The position numbers were made by a program, and so were the translations under genes. DNA of 53,940 bases from a virus (taxonomy: Duplodnaviria; Caudoviricetes), in IMG/VR virus record IMGVR_UViG_3300001533_002608, positions 1 to 53,940 of that record; one strand, 5' to 3'. Below are positions 1-10,720 of the stretch, piece by piece (position 1 is the stretch's first letter; each line of letters opens with the position of its first letter). Under the pieces are notes generated by a model. That model did no database searches. It had not been told where the DNA came from and was given only the letters and a program-made list of their open reading frames with translations.

Positions 1-90
1 GAGTGGGAAGCATACCGGCAGGCATTAAGGGATATAACGAAACAGGAAGGATTTCCTGATGATGTTACATGGCCAAAGAAACCGGAATAA
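1..90 (+). CDS. 3' end of phage tail fibre assembly chaperone (partial)
   Basis: Frame 1 reads EWEAYRQALRDITKQEGFPDDVTWPKKPE*, the W..YRQALRDIT.Q.GFP..V.WP..P C-terminal motif of tail assembly chaperones. Confidence 0.85.
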   Translation, partial: EWEAYRQALRDITKQEGFPDDVTWPKKPE

Positions 91-305
91 ATAATATTAA
101 ATGAGCAACAAATAACAACTCTTGAAATCCTTATGCCTCGATTTATATGCATAAAATTGCATAGTTATTTTCATAATTTCTTATTTTACAAATGTTTTGT
201 AAAGTCAAATAAGAGTAATGCTAGAGTATTAGAGGAAATTATAAATTAGATAATTCAATTTCATAGTATATTAAACAAAAGCTATAATTAAATCTGAGGT
301 TATAT

Positions 306-692
306 TTGAGCAAATTAAAGATAACTAAATCACTAGGCGACTCCTATGTCTATCAATATATGACATGTCCTCAATGCAACTTCTTTCTAGCTACTGAAGA
401 GTTCGACTCTAATGGCGGCTTTGGCCCAAAAGAGAGTTATCAGTATTTTAGACACTGTCCTTTATGTGGATGGAAAGAATGGCAGCTAGTAGAGAAGAGA
501 GAAACGCCCAGAGTTTACTCTAAAAACCCCGAAAAAGAAGATAAAGAAAATGCAATATTTATAGTAAACTCTATAGATAATTTAGAACAAGAGGATATAA
601 ACTTTATTAAAGATTACTTAAGTAAGATAGAAAATATCAACCATATTGATATCAAAAAATTTTTACTAAGTTTAACCTTTGATAGAGAATAA
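306..692 (+). CDS. hypothetical zinc-ribbon protein
   Basis: 128-aa ORF with CPQC and CPLC pairs; GAGGT upstream of a TTG start. Confidence 0.6.
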   Translation: MSKLKITKSLGDSYVYQYMTCPQCNFFLATEEFDSNGGFGPKESYQYFRHCPLCGWKEWQLVEKRETPRVYSKNPEKEDKENAIFIVNSIDNLEQEDINFIKDYLSKIENINHIDIKKFLLSLTFDRE

Positions 693-717
693 TATCAAAA
701 TATTTAAGAAAAAAGGA

Positions 718-724
718 AAGATAA
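718..724 (+). promoter_or_regulatory. AAGATAA putative phage promoter motif (representative of at least 17 intergenic copies)
   Basis: Also at 1214, 2288, 14060, 14466, 14505, 16783, 19875, 27227, 33095, 37095, 42194, 51511, 51674, 52035 and minus-strand 53740-53746, 53907-53913. Confidence 0.6.
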
Positions 725-765
725 AACTAACAAATTAAGTTAGAAATTTACAGGAGGAATATATA

Positions 766-1167
766 ATGGCTTTATTAGTACCAGACGTAGGAGAAGTTGA
801 ACTTCTTTCTAGAATGCTAAATCTAAATTCACCAGATGATGTAGTACTTCATCTATATACAAATGATAAAACCCCAGCTGAAGGTGACGTACTCGGAGAT
901 TATACCGAGTCAACAGCTACAGGATATGCAGCCGAAACATTGACAGGCTCAAGCTGGTCAGTTTCCACTACTAGTGGAACAACAACTGGTGAATATCCAC
1001 AAGTTACATTTACATACGAGGCGGCAGAGCCGGATATTTATGGTTACTATGTAACTAACAATGCAGAGGACACTCTACTTTGGGCAGAAAGGTTCTCAGA
1101 CGGGCCTTATGCGATACCGTCCGGAGGCGGCAGCGTCAAGATAACTCCCAAGATAGAATTAGAATAA
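766..1167 (+). CDS. putative virion structural (tail-associated) protein
   Basis: Strong AGGAGG RBS, AAGATAA motif at 718-724; LHLYTND..P, GY and YGYYV..LLWAERF pattern typical of small phage tail proteins. Confidence 0.6.
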   Translation: MALLVPDVGEVELLSRMLNLNSPDDVVLHLYTNDKTPAEGDVLGDYTESTATGYAAETLTGSSWSVSTTSGTTTGEYPQVTFTYEAAEPDIYGYYVTNNAEDTLLWAERFSDGPYAIPSGGGSVKITPKIELE

Positions 1168-1253
1168 TCCAAAAGTAAAAGAAAAAACTTAGGGATTTTC
1201 ACGAATAACCCCCAAGATAATTGCATATTTGCTTTTATTAAGGGGGTTTTCTT

Positions 1254-2138
1254 GTGATTGAATATGATTTTAATAATATAAAAGGCTGGACAGAAGAGCA
1301 GATTAAGAATGGTGATTATCACGATTATCATGATACCATTATAAGAAAAGATGGAAGAGGGAATAAAAGACGTTATAAAAAAATACCAGGCGGGCAACAA
1401 ATATATACATACTGGGTGTGGAACAAATGTTATAGTTATAACCCTAAGGTTGGGGTACAATTACACCATAAAGATGGTAATACGTTAAATGATAATATAG
1501 AAAACTTAATAGCTATGTCTAAAAGTGAACATATAAAACACCATGTAAGTTTACTAAAAGGGAAAGATATGGCCGAACGTTATGGTGAAGAAAGAGCTGA
1601 GAAATTGAAAAATTTTATATCAGAAAAAACTAAAGAAGGGATGGCAAAAATAGTACATCCTAATCTTGGTAAAGAACTACCTGAAGAAACTAAAAAGAAA
1701 ATATCTGAGTCTCTAAAAGGAAAATTTTCAGGAGAGAATAATCCCTTCTATGGAGAAGATCATTCAGGGAAGAATAATCCTTTTTATGGGAAACATCATA
1801 GAGAAGAATCTAAGCTAAAAATAAGTCAATCAAATAAAGGGAAAGTTGCTTGGAATAAAGGACAAGCTCTATCTGAGGAAGCAAGAAAAAATATGAGCAA
1901 AAATCATGCTGATTTTTCTGGTGAGAATAATCCTTTTGCTGGAAGAACCCACTCAGAAGAGACTAGAAAAAAACTAGCTGAAATTAATACTAAGCACAAG
2001 ATTGGAGATGTTTGGAAAGATGCAAAAGGCGTAATAAAATATAAGGATAAATCTGGAAAGAATAGAAGGTTGCCTATGAAGAAAATAAAACAACCAGATT
2101 ATATTGATAAAGAGAAGCTAAACAATTTGCTACAGTAA
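1254..2138 (+). CDS. free-standing HNH homing endonuclease with NUMOD3 repeats
   Basis: LHHKDGNTLNDNIENL...EHIKHH HNH motif plus repeated GENNPFYGK(H)..E.K.KIS NUMOD3 motifs. Confidence 0.85.
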   Translation: MIEYDFNNIKGWTEEQIKNGDYHDYHDTIIRKDGRGNKRRYKKIPGGQQIYTYWVWNKCYSYNPKVGVQLHHKDGNTLNDNIENLIAMSKSEHIKHHVSLLKGKDMAERYGEERAEKLKNFISEKTKEGMAKIVHPNLGKELPEETKKKISESLKGKFSGENNPFYGEDHSGKNNPFYGKHHREESKLKISQSNKGKVAWNKGQALSEEARKNMSKNHADFSGENNPFAGRTHSEETRKKLAEINTKHKIGDVWKDAKGVIKYKDKSGKNRRLPMKKIKQPDYIDKEKLNNLLQ

Positions 2139-2150
2139 CCGATTAAATCG

Positions 2151-2180
2151 AGGAGGCTAAGTCGTCTGAGCCTCCTTTTT
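2151..2180 (+). terminator. intrinsic terminator
   Basis: AGGAGGCT/AGCCTCCT stem followed by a T-run. Confidence 0.75.
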
Positions 2181-2331
2181 GTGCGCCGAAAGCGATATAC
2201 TTATTTAAAATAAAAGAGCAGTGTTTAGCACTATTCTCCTCTCTACAACAGTTCATTATAAAGGCTCTTTTTTGTGCGTAAAAAGACAAGATAATAAAAA
2301 GTTGAATACAATAAAAAGAGGGCCGGCCTAG

Positions 2332-5300
2332 ATGCCACTGGAATTAAAAAGCTTATTATGCGAGAATGGCCAAAATGGAACTTTTTGGCAATCATTGACC
2401 TCTGCTGAGCAGATGCGCTATGCTGATACAAGCAATGAGCAGCAGGGTCTTGTTGGACAGTATTATTATGGTCAAAATTTCGATACTTTACAAAATACAG
2501 TTGTTGACTCAGAGATAAGTTTTTACTGGGGCGCTGGTGCTCCCGCTGCCCTTCCTGGAAGAATAGATGACTTTAGCATAAGATGGTCTGGCTATCTTGT
2601 TCCAGAAACCAACGAGACTTACACTTTTTATCTCGGCTCAGATGATGGAAGCAGGTTGTATATTGATGGCCAACTGATAATAGACAACTGGCAAAATCAA
2701 GCCCACAATGTACAGACTGCAACTTATAGACTACGAGCAGACAGATACTATTCTATAGTAGTAGAATACTATGAGTCAACTGGTGACGCATCTGTAGAGC
2801 TGGAGTGGGAAAGCGCTACAATAACTAGGCAGGTAATCTCTGGCTCAAGTTTGAGAACAGGTATAGAGTTTTATGTATATGCTTCAATAAGCGATTGGCA
2901 GACAGCAAGAGAAAGAGATCTTGTAGCCCTAGATGAAAAAGAAATATTAGACATAAGAGGACAATGGTCTAGTTCTACCCCACAAATAGACCTAAGCGGA
3001 TGGACTACAAATATAGAGTCTGGTAATTTTATTAGAATACAGGCGCTTGAAGAATCTAGGCCAGAGGCTATATTTAGTGACCCTGCACTGCCTTCACATT
3101 TTAGAATAAAGTCTACTTCCCCAACGGTCCCGGCAATTACAGTATACAACATGTCTATAGAGCTTGTCAATATACAGGCAGAAGCAGAGACACATGTAAT
3201 ACAGGCCTCCCCGGGTCCTAGCTCTGCAAATGTAGTGAGAATACTGTATTGTAAGATAAAGAACTCCGGCAAGACGGGCTCTGGTATAAACGTACAAACA
3301 TCTACAGGAATAGTCGAAATAGTATCAAGTACAGTAGAAAATTGTACAAATGGTATAGTATCTTCTGCCAACAATTCTGGAACAGTGCATATAGTTGACT
3401 CTACTATAACAAATTGTATAACCGGTATAAAAACAAACGATACAGACGTAAGACCTACGTCTTGTGCAGTATTTAACAACGATGATGACTTTGCTGACTC
3501 GTTTCCAAACTACTGGCCCAGATATTGCGCTGCTGATGACTGGCCATTCCCAAGTACAAGCTCGGAGATGATCGACATAAGTCCTGTAACGGGAAACACA
3601 GAAGTAGAAGATTGGAACTTTGCTTTTGTCGATTTTGCTAATGGTGATTACCGAATAAAAAATGAACTGTCTCTGCTCTATGAAGCAGGAGAGCCAGACC
3701 TCGGATACTCTTTTTATGCTCCAAGAGATATACAATATATAGACGTAGGCAACGCACCCCGTCCTCAATCTGACATAGGTGCATTTTCGTATACAGACTG
3801 GTGGGACTACAGATATGCAGGAAGAATAAGTATAGAAGTACCAGCTTCAGAAGTCCCAACAGACTTAACAGACTTTCCATTGTACATAGATCTATCTAAA
3901 ATAAACAGCTTTTCTAAATTCTGGAGAAGAGTGAGCACAGATGGTAGAGACATAAAAGTTGTTAATGCTGAGAGAGAAAGAGTACCACAAGAGCTTGTAT
4001 TCATTGACACAGATGAGAAAGACGGTGAAATATGGGCTAAAGTAAATCTGTCATCTACAGAGCCAAGCTATTTTTATGTATATTATAATTTCAACTCTTT
4101 CTCTAATGAACCAGATTTAGCAGATATAGTACTAGCCGATAACATACATGGACAGCATCAAGTATGGTCTGACTATGTAGCTGTGTGGCATTTACAAGAC
4201 CTTGAAATAAAAGATTCAACTCAAAACGGTTATGATGGAACAGTAAGAGGCACGCCCTCAGTAGTTACAGACGGCCGCTTCGGACACTCTATTGAGTGGA
4301 ATGAAACTGGAGCGGGGAATGAAGAGTCGGCAGATGTAGGCAACATCCAAACAGACTCTACTTGGACTGAGCTCACCGTTGAGTCTTGGTTTAGAAAAGA
4401 CACAACTGGCGACGAAAGGATGATCTGTAAATCGCCATCAACGAACATATATGAACATATTTTTGCATTACACTCTCAAACAGGCTCACAGCGGCTAGCA
4501 GCAAGAGTTGGAACAAACCAGAATAATGCTTTTACTCTTTATGGATCGTCTACATTTGCAAACGGTGTTTGGCAATTTGGGTCTTTGGTGTGGTCAGGCT
4601 CAGACGATACGCTGCGATTATTTTTAAACGGGCAAGCCGATGGCACAGCTAGCCAGCCTGGCGGATATATAGCGCAATCAAGCCAACAAGTTGAAATAGC
4701 TAATGTAAACAATTCTACTGATAACAGATTCTGGGAAGGTGGACTTGATGAAATACGTATAGCAAAGAAAAGGTTTAATAGCTACCAAGAAAGATTAGAA
4801 ACTCAATATAACAACCAGACTTCAGAAGCCTTTAGCCAACCAGCTCCACAGCCTGACACAAACCCTGTTCTCCCAGAAGAGGAAGACATAGAAGTAGAGG
4901 GAGTTTGGAACGCTGTAAGCGCAAACGGCGCAACAACACTCAATGTAGAGATAACTATCCCCGAGCTATCAGGCAAGATGGCTCTTTTAATAGGAATCAC
5001 AAACGAAGACAACAACACTAGCCAAGCCGCTACAATAACATTAGATGGTGTAAGCCCTACAAAGGCTGGACAGAATAGGCAAGGTACATGGTATTCCAAC
5101 ACCTCAGAAATATGGTACTATCTAAACGATGATTTGCCAACAACGCCTGGTAACTACACAGTTGCAATCACAATGTCAAAGGCTACAATTGGCTTTGGCG
5201 TAACAATTGCTCTTTATGATGTAATATTACAAACTGCACCAGTTTACTCTGGCACTTCCGCCGCTACACAAACCACAATAACTACGAATGCACAAATAGT

Positions 5301-8300
5301 GCTAGATAATGTAGAAGCTAGTGTAGTATTTGAAGTTGCCTCTGCTGGAGATAGTATAACTTCAACTATATCCGAGGGCCAAGAGCAAGTAGCAGAGTTT
5401 GAGGTTGGTAGCTCTGGAGCAAGACACGCCGCGTCACTAGGCGTATATTTTGAAGAAGGCACAGAGGCTATAACTAGAACCTATACTGCAAGTGTAAATA
5501 GGCTAGCTCAGTCTATATTAGTTTTAAAGTCTGGAGAAGAAAAGCATTACTCTTATAAAAGTATAGCCAAGGTTGTAGTATCTGGCACCCCCGTGATCAG
5601 CTCTGTAGATATGGCAACCGAAATAGACCCAACAGCTATATTGATCTCTTCAGATTTTGAGTATTCATCATCTCCTGTCTATTCATATACTACATCTGGC
5701 TCAGCACAAGTTTCGGGGTCTTCTCAATTAGACTCGTTAGAAGTGTATGCAACCACTTCAGCAACAGGGATAGTAGTCAGCTATATTTCAGATCCCCTAG
5801 TAGACAGAACAATAGAATTCACGAGAGAGTACACAACAACAGCCATAACAGGCGGCCAGGTAGACGAAGCCGACTGGGTTGAAGTTATACCACTTGTGTC
5901 AGGTGGAATAACATTAAGCTATGAATCTGATCCTATTAATGATCGCACTATAATATTTGAATACACTTCTACTGGTAAGCTATTTACATTAGGTGGAACA
6001 TCAGTAGATTATGTGGATTTAATATTTGAAGTACAGATTGCTCCAATAGTATTAAGCTACGAGTCTGACCCTCTAAATGACAGAACGATAATATTTGAGT
6101 ATACTTCTATAACTGAGCCTTTAACTTTAAATAAAGTTGTACCGGAATTTAACGAAGTAAATCTAATTTTTGAAGCACAATCCATTCCAATAATATTAAG
6201 CTATGAATCTGATCCGTTAAATGATCGCACTATAATATTTGAATACACTTCTACTGGTAAGCTATTTACATTAAGTGGAACATCAGTAGATTATGTGGAT
6301 TTAATATTTGAAGTTCAGACCGTTCCAATAATATTAAGTTATGAATCTGATCCACTTAATGATAGAACTATAGAATTTGAAAGAACAGCAGTAGTAGAGC
6401 CACTAATTACAAGTGGTTTGATTTCAGAATTTGATGAAGTAAATTTAATATTTGAAGTTGACACTGAAAAGGCATTTACATTTGGTGGTGGAGATTATTA
6501 CATAGTATTTGAAAGAACAATGTCAGGTGGTATTACACTAAGCGGATCAGTCCCTGATTTTGATTTTGTTTTAATAATATTTCCTACTATAACTGAGCCA
6601 TTAGCTTTTAATGGAACAACAGACGAAAATGAAACTCACTTACCAGGAACTGTAGAAAGTGGTCTAATAGTAATAACTAAGATATTTAACGAGTATAATC
6701 CAGAATATAGTTACACACCAATCCGTAGAGACTCTCTTATGGTCATGGGCACTACAACTGCAGAGGTTACACCAAATGCTTTATTTATATATGAGCCATC
6801 TGGAAGAGCTTTCTTTAAGATAGCTAAAGCAGAAGTTTCATATAGTCAAGAATCTTATTATACAGGCTCTGGTGGTCCTTATTTTAGAAGATCTTATAAG
6901 CTAGTTGAATACTCATATTATCCAAAATATGAGTACACCGCTATAACTGGGACTGCTCTTATATTACTAGGTGGGGAGTGGTACGTTGGTATAAAAGCTA
7001 TAGAGCCCAGTGGTGGTATTATACTAAATGATGCTGGAGATATAACCTCTGATGAAATAAAATGGGATTATAAGTATAAAGCATCTGGTAAAATAATATT
7101 AACTAGAAGAGCAAATAAAGCATCTATATCTTATAATTGCTTAACCAAAACTAAAGCTTTAATACTAAGTGGAGATACAAAAGAGCCGATAATAACAAAG
7201 GATTATTATTATACAACCAGTGGAGTTATAATTCTAAGGCAAGCAAGTATTCATAGATATATTGCAAGTGGCAAAATTATAACCAGTGGAGCTTTTGAGT
7301 ATTCTAACACTTATGTATATCAATATACAACCAGTGGCCAGTTAAAATTCACAAGATTAAAAAGTGAGTATACATACTCTATAGTACTTCCGGTAATAAG
7401 CAAAGCAATAGTATTAAGTGGCGAGTCTAAAGAAGAATTTGTTTTAGAGTATACTGCAAGTGGTGGTATAAATTTTTACGACCCAGATTCTACTTTCAAG
7501 TATAGAAGTTTTGACAGATTAAGATTAATTCTGAGTGGCTCAGCCGAAATATCTGTAAATAGAGAATATATAACTAGTGGAAATATAGTACTTAAAAACT
7601 CCGCTCACTACTACTTATTAGAAGAGAATACTCATAAAGCTTCTGGCACAATATATATTGGTGGATCTTTTGAGGTAGAAGCATACGCCGACTTTGATAC
7701 ATATACCGCTCATGGATCAATCCAGACTTCTGGTATTACTCCATTCTCAGTACAGACTTTTGATATCGGCTATACTTACATAAGCACAAGCGGAATTTCT
7801 ATAAATGGAAATGCACTATACACATTTGAGCCAACTTTTGAATATGTAGCAGTATTCTTCCCAGCTGCAATAACGGTAAGTGGTTCTGCTGAAAGTTTAT
7901 CAGAAAAACTATATATAGCATCTGGTAGTATCGTAATAAGTGGAGCAGCAGATCTAACTTATAAATATGATATTACTGGTGGTCTTAATATATCTGGAAC
8001 AGCTACTACGGATATACTACCAGCATTTAGATATAAAACTAGTGGATTTATAAAAATAATTAGAATAAAGACTACTAGTGGTAAAGAAAAATCATATATA
8101 GCTATAGTATATAAGCCAATTAGACTTAAGGGAAAATCAAAATATAAAACACATTATATTTATCCTTTATATAATGCTAGTGGATATATAACGGTAAATG
8201 GAAATAGTACTTTATATGAGTATACAAGAAAATTCTCATATTCCCCAAGTGGAGCATTAAACGTATCAAGTATTTCAGATTATGAGTATGTAATCGAGAA

Positions 8301-8598
8301 ATTTTATACCTCTGCTGGTCAAGTTAATATAGAAGGGGAAACACAATATTCATATAATAAGATATATGATTTCACAACTAGTGGAGAGTTTTTATTCTCT
8401 GGAGATGGAGAATATATTGGTAGAAAAGATGTAGAATATATTGCATCTGGCTCTTTAAATGGTATTGGAAGTTCTGGCGCAAGCCTAAGAACAATAGTAG
8501 TAAGAATAGTTAATGGCACTTATAATCCTAAAGAGCCAAAGAGAATTCCAGATGAGCCTTTAGCATCTAGAGTTTTTAAATATGATTTGATGAGGTAA
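2332..8598 (+). CDS. giant tail fibre/receptor-binding-like protein (PA14, beta-helix, DUF2341-like, LamG/ConA-like, C-terminal repeats)
   Basis: PA14 motifs (DDFSIRWSGYL, SDDGSRLYIDG), beta-helix-like segment, LTDFPLYIDL...GRDIKV...IWAKV, LamG motifs (LRLFLNG, GGLDEIRI), then Y..SG.I.LSG repeats. Confidence 0.75.
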   Translation: MPLELKSLLCENGQNGTFWQSLTSAEQMRYADTSNEQQGLVGQYYYGQNFDTLQNTVVDSEISFYWGAGAPAALPGRIDDFSIRWSGYLVPETNETYTFYLGSDDGSRLYIDGQLIIDNWQNQAHNVQTATYRLRADRYYSIVVEYYESTGDASVELEWESATITRQVISGSSLRTGIEFYVYASISDWQTARERDLVALDEKEILDIRGQWSSSTPQIDLSGWTTNIESGNFIRIQALEESRPEAIFSDPALPSHFRIKSTSPTVPAITVYNMSIELVNIQAEAETHVIQASPGPSSANVVRILYCKIKNSGKTGSGINVQTSTGIVEIVSSTVENCTNGIVSSANNSGTVHIVDSTITNCITGIKTNDTDVRPTSCAVFNNDDDFADSFPNYWPRYCAADDWPFPSTSSEMIDISPVTGNTEVEDWNFAFVDFANGDYRIKNELSLLYEAGEPDLGYSFYAPRDIQYIDVGNAPRPQSDIGAFSYTDWWDYRYAGRISIEVPASEVPTDLTDFPLYIDLSKINSFSKFWRRVSTDGRDIKVVNAERERVPQELVFIDTDEKDGEIWAKVNLSSTEPSYFYVYYNFNSFSNEPDLADIVLADNIHGQHQVWSDYVAVWHLQDLEIKDSTQNGYDGTVRGTPSVVTDGRFGHSIEWNETGAGNEESADVGNIQTDSTWTELTVESWFRKDTTGDERMICKSPSTNIYEHIFALHSQTGSQRLAARVGTNQNNAFTLYGSSTFANGVWQFGSLVWSGSDDTLRLFLNGQADGTASQPGGYIAQSSQQVEIANVNNSTDNRFWEGGLDEIRIAKKRFNSYQERLETQYNNQTSEAFSQPAPQPDTNPVLPEEEDIEVEGVWNAVSANGATTLNVEITIPELSGKMALLIGITNEDNNTSQAATITLDGVSPTKAGQNRQGTWYSNTSEIWYYLNDDLPTTPGNYTVAITMSKATIGFGVTIALYDVILQTAPVYSGTSAATQTTITTNAQIVLDNVEASVVFEVASAGDSITSTISEGQEQVAEFEVGSSGARHAASLGVYFEEGTEAITRTYTASVNRLAQSILVLKSGEEKHYSYKSIAKVVVSGTPVISSVDMATEIDPTAILISSDFEYSSSPVYSYTTSGSAQVSGSSQLDSLEVYATTSATGIVVSYISDPLVDRTIEFTREYTTTAITGGQVDEADWVEVIPLVSGGITLSYESDPINDRTIIFEYTSTGKLFTLGGTSVDYVDLIFEVQIAPIVLSYESDPLNDRTIIFEYTSITEPLTLNKVVPEFNEVNLIFEAQSIPIILSYESDPLNDRTIIFEYTSTGKLFTLSGTSVDYVDLIFEVQTVPIILSYESDPLNDRTIEFERTAVVEPLITSGLISEFDEVNLIFEVDTEKAFTFGGGDYYIVFERTMSGGITLSGSVPDFDFVLIIFPTITEPLAFNGTTDENETHLPGTVESGLIVITKIFNEYNPEYSYTPIRRDSLMVMGTTTAEVTPNALFIYEPSGRAFFKIAKAEVSYSQESYYTGSGGPYFRRSYKLVEYSYYPKYEYTAITGTALILLGGEWYVGIKAIEPSGGIILNDAGDITSDEIKWDYKYKASGKIILTRRANKASISYNCLTKTKALILSGDTKEPIITKDYYYTTSGVIILRQASIHRYIASGKIITSGAFEYSNTYVYQYTTSGQLKFTRLKSEYTYSIVLPVISKAIVLSGESKEEFVLEYTASGGINFYDPDSTFKYRSFDRLRLILSGSAEISVNREYITSGNIVLKNSAHYYLLEENTHKASGTIYIGGSFEVEAYADFDTYTAHGSIQTSGITPFSVQTFDIGYTYISTSGISINGNALYTFEPTFEYVAVFFPAAITVSGSAESLSEKLYIASGSIVISGAADLTYKYDITGGLNISGTATTDILPAFRYKTSGFIKIIRIKTTSGKEKSYIAIVYKPIRLKGKSKYKTHYIYPLYNASGYITVNGNSTLYEYTRKFSYSPSGALNVSSISDYEYVIEKFYTSAGQVNIEGETQYSYNKIYDFTTSGEFLFSGDGEYIGRKDVEYIASGSLNGIGSSGASLRTIVVRIVNGTYNPKEPKRIPDEPLASRVFKYDLMR
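5779..6480 (+). repeat. in-frame tandem repeats of 138/144 nt (46/48 aa)
   Basis: SY(I/E)SDP(L/I)(V/N)DRTI units start at 5779, 5917, 6055, 6199 and 6337; the 5914 and 6196 units are near-identical DNA. Confidence 0.9.
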
Positions 8599-8600
8599 TT

Positions 8601-10022
8601 ATGGCAAACATACATGTTGGTCAAACTGCAGTTAGGTTAGAGTTTAACACAGGTTTAGATTTGACCACAGCAGTTGAATTAGAAATAAGATTTGATAAGC
8701 CAAACACTATAAGAGGAGCTTTTCCAGGTTACATATTAGATAGAGAAAAGGGCACAGTGTATTATGATGTAGAAAGTGAAGGTGATTTGGATGATACAGG
8801 ACAATGGCACTTTTGGGTACACATACTTTTCAACGATGGAACAGAACTGGATAGCGATCCTATAACTATATATATTTATGAGCCCGGTAAAAGATATATA
8901 AGTAATCCCTACGGGCAAACGAGTATAGATGGAGGAATACTAATGGCAATAGAGGCATTTAGAGTAATTTATAACAATAATCTCTCAAACTTAAATTCGG
9001 ATGATGTGCAGGCTGCACTAGATGAGGTTAAAAATTTAATAGATACATTGACAGCATCTGATATTGACTATAGCAACGCACAATCCCAATTAGATGCAAA
9101 TAATGTTAGAGGGGCTCTTGACGAGTTAAAGTCTATAACAGATAATTTAGCTAGCAATCTCGGCTCAGAATTTGAAAACACTATTTATGTGGCAAAAAAT
9201 GGAGCGGATGAAGCTGATGTTCCATTGGGAACTATGGATAACCCATTTTTGACAGTAGAAGCTGCTATAGACTCAATAGGAGATGCTAGCGAGAGCAAAA
9301 AATATATAGTGGTTGTCCAGCCAGGGGTATATGAAGAAGATATAAGTTTTAAACCATGGATAAATATTGTTGGATTGGGTAAGGATGTCACAAAAATTGG
9401 ATCAAGTGGCGGAATTCATACTGCTTGGTTCTCTGAAGGTGGACAAGTAACTATTAAAGATGTAGATTTACACTCTAATAACTTAGTAGCTACACATCCT
9501 GAAAATGCTCCAGGGTCAGCTCATTTAAATTTAAGAAATGTTAATTTAAATGATTTAACAGTCAAATTCTTAGGTGCCGGTGAAGATGGTGTACAGATAA
9601 GAAATAATACAATAGTAAGCGGAACAACTGAAATGAGATCCGCTTGGTTAAGAACTTCAGACTCTGAGTTTGGAAATGTAGTACTAAATTCTGATGGTAG
9701 TCAGCACGCTCATTCCAATGGCCACGATTGCTTCGCTCATATAAGAAGCTCTATTATTAATAATTTAAACGTAAGTGGAAATACTTTAATAGAATATTAT
9801 AATAGTAAAACTAATGGAAGTATATTAGTAGATGGAACAGATGCTATAGCTCAAATAGATGCAACATCATTATCATTATTAGAAAGTGATATAAGCACTT
9901 CAAATGGTGGCTCTCTCGAAAAGACCACTGGAGCTTATGGTATAAAATACGATAACTCAACTTCTGGATTATCCGCTACCGATGTTCAAGAAGCTATTGA
10001 TGAATTAAGAACTTTGATATAA
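8601..10022 (+). CDS. putative baseplate/tail appendage protein (BppU-like N-terminus, beta-helix/pectin-lyase-like body)
   Basis: N-terminal GTVYY...GDLDDTGQW pattern; IYVAKNG...PFLTVEAAI...PGVYEE pectin-lyase-like start; three Y.N..S.L....VQ.ALDEL repeats. Confidence 0.65.
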   Translation: MANIHVGQTAVRLEFNTGLDLTTAVELEIRFDKPNTIRGAFPGYILDREKGTVYYDVESEGDLDDTGQWHFWVHILFNDGTELDSDPITIYIYEPGKRYISNPYGQTSIDGGILMAIEAFRVIYNNNLSNLNSDDVQAALDEVKNLIDTLTASDIDYSNAQSQLDANNVRGALDELKSITDNLASNLGSEFENTIYVAKNGADEADVPLGTMDNPFLTVEAAIDSIGDASESKKYIVVVQPGVYEEDISFKPWINIVGLGKDVTKIGSSGGIHTAWFSEGGQVTIKDVDLHSNNLVATHPENAPGSAHLNLRNVNLNDLTVKFLGAGEDGVQIRNNTIVSGTTEMRSAWLRTSDSEFGNVVLNSDGSQHAHSNGHDCFAHIRSSIINNLNVSGNTLIEYYNSKTNGSILVDGTDAIAQIDATSLSLLESDISTSNGGSLEKTTGAYGIKYDNSTSGLSATDVQEAIDELRTLI

Positions 10023-10033
10023 TTTTTTAGACT

Positions 10034-10267
10034 ATGGATAAAATAACTAGTTGTATAAAAGTAAAAGAATTAAATGATTTTGAGCATAACATATTAAAAG
10101 CTCACTCTGAAGGTTTGAGTGGGGATACTAAGCAAGAAAAGTTATCCGAGTTCATAAATAAATACTCTATTGACTTAAGAATATTTTTCTGTGAAAAAAT
10201 ATGTGGATTAAGTCATAAGTGTGAAGTATACAAAAACTTGAAAGATACAACAAAAAGAAATATTTAA
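10034..10267 (+). CDS. hypothetical protein
   Basis: 77-aa ORF in tight operon context. Confidence 0.5.
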   Translation: MDKITSCIKVKELNDFEHNILKAHSEGLSGDTKQEKLSEFINKYSIDLRIFFCEKICGLSHKCEVYKNLKDTTKRNI

Positions 10268-10288
10268 AGGTATTCACTAAAGAAAAGT

Positions 10289-10720
10289 TTGAATATTCGT
10301 GTGTGTCTTATAATATATATGGAAGAAATACAAAAGATACAAAGAAAGATCAGAGCTAAAATTAGAAAAGATGCCAAAAAAGAAAAAATTTCTACTAAAG
10401 AATATAGAGAAAAATATAGCATAACTTCTAAATGGATAAGGGACAAAGCTGCTGAGAAGATAGGCGAAACCACAGGGAATACAAGTGCTAATAAGCATAA
10501 AAATTATTTCAAACCATTTGATGGAGTAAGCAATAAACCTCAATATTCTTCACTTTATTTTGGAAAACCCATCCTTAGAATAGTATATAATAAAATGCAT
10601 AATTTCGATTTCCTAGTATACTTAGCTCAAAATGGTCATTACTTAACCAAAAGTAAAATATTTAGGAGCGAAAACGGAGAAGCAATTGAACTCAGTTCTT
10701 TAGGAGGAACAAATGGCTAA
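10289..10720 (+). CDS. hypothetical basic protein (ATG start more likely at 10319)
   Basis: ORF overlapping the next gene and carrying its RBS. Confidence 0.5.
   Translation: MNIRVCLIIYMEEIQKIQRKIRAKIRKDAKKEKISTKEYREKYSITSKWIRDKAAEKIGETTGNTSANKHKNYFKPFDGVSNKPQYSSLYFGKPILRIVYNKMHNFDFLVYLAQNGHYLTKSKIFRSENGEAIELSSLGGTNG

Noticed and set aside
97-215. AT-rich palindromes and a 25-codon minus-strand ORF (MKITMQFYAYKSR...)
   Set aside because: Weak AT-only stems and no RBS; the resemblance to a tnpB N-terminus is too slight to support.
4949-4960. 12-nt match (AGATAACTATCC) to the guide of reRNA copy 2
   Set aside because: Too short for AT-rich DNA and no shared TAM-like flank; probably chance.
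5779-6480. Repeats as a CRISPR array or DGR template/variable pair
   Set aside because: They are in-frame protein repeats with no unique spacers and no evident adenine-specific divergence, and no reverse transcriptase is in the window.
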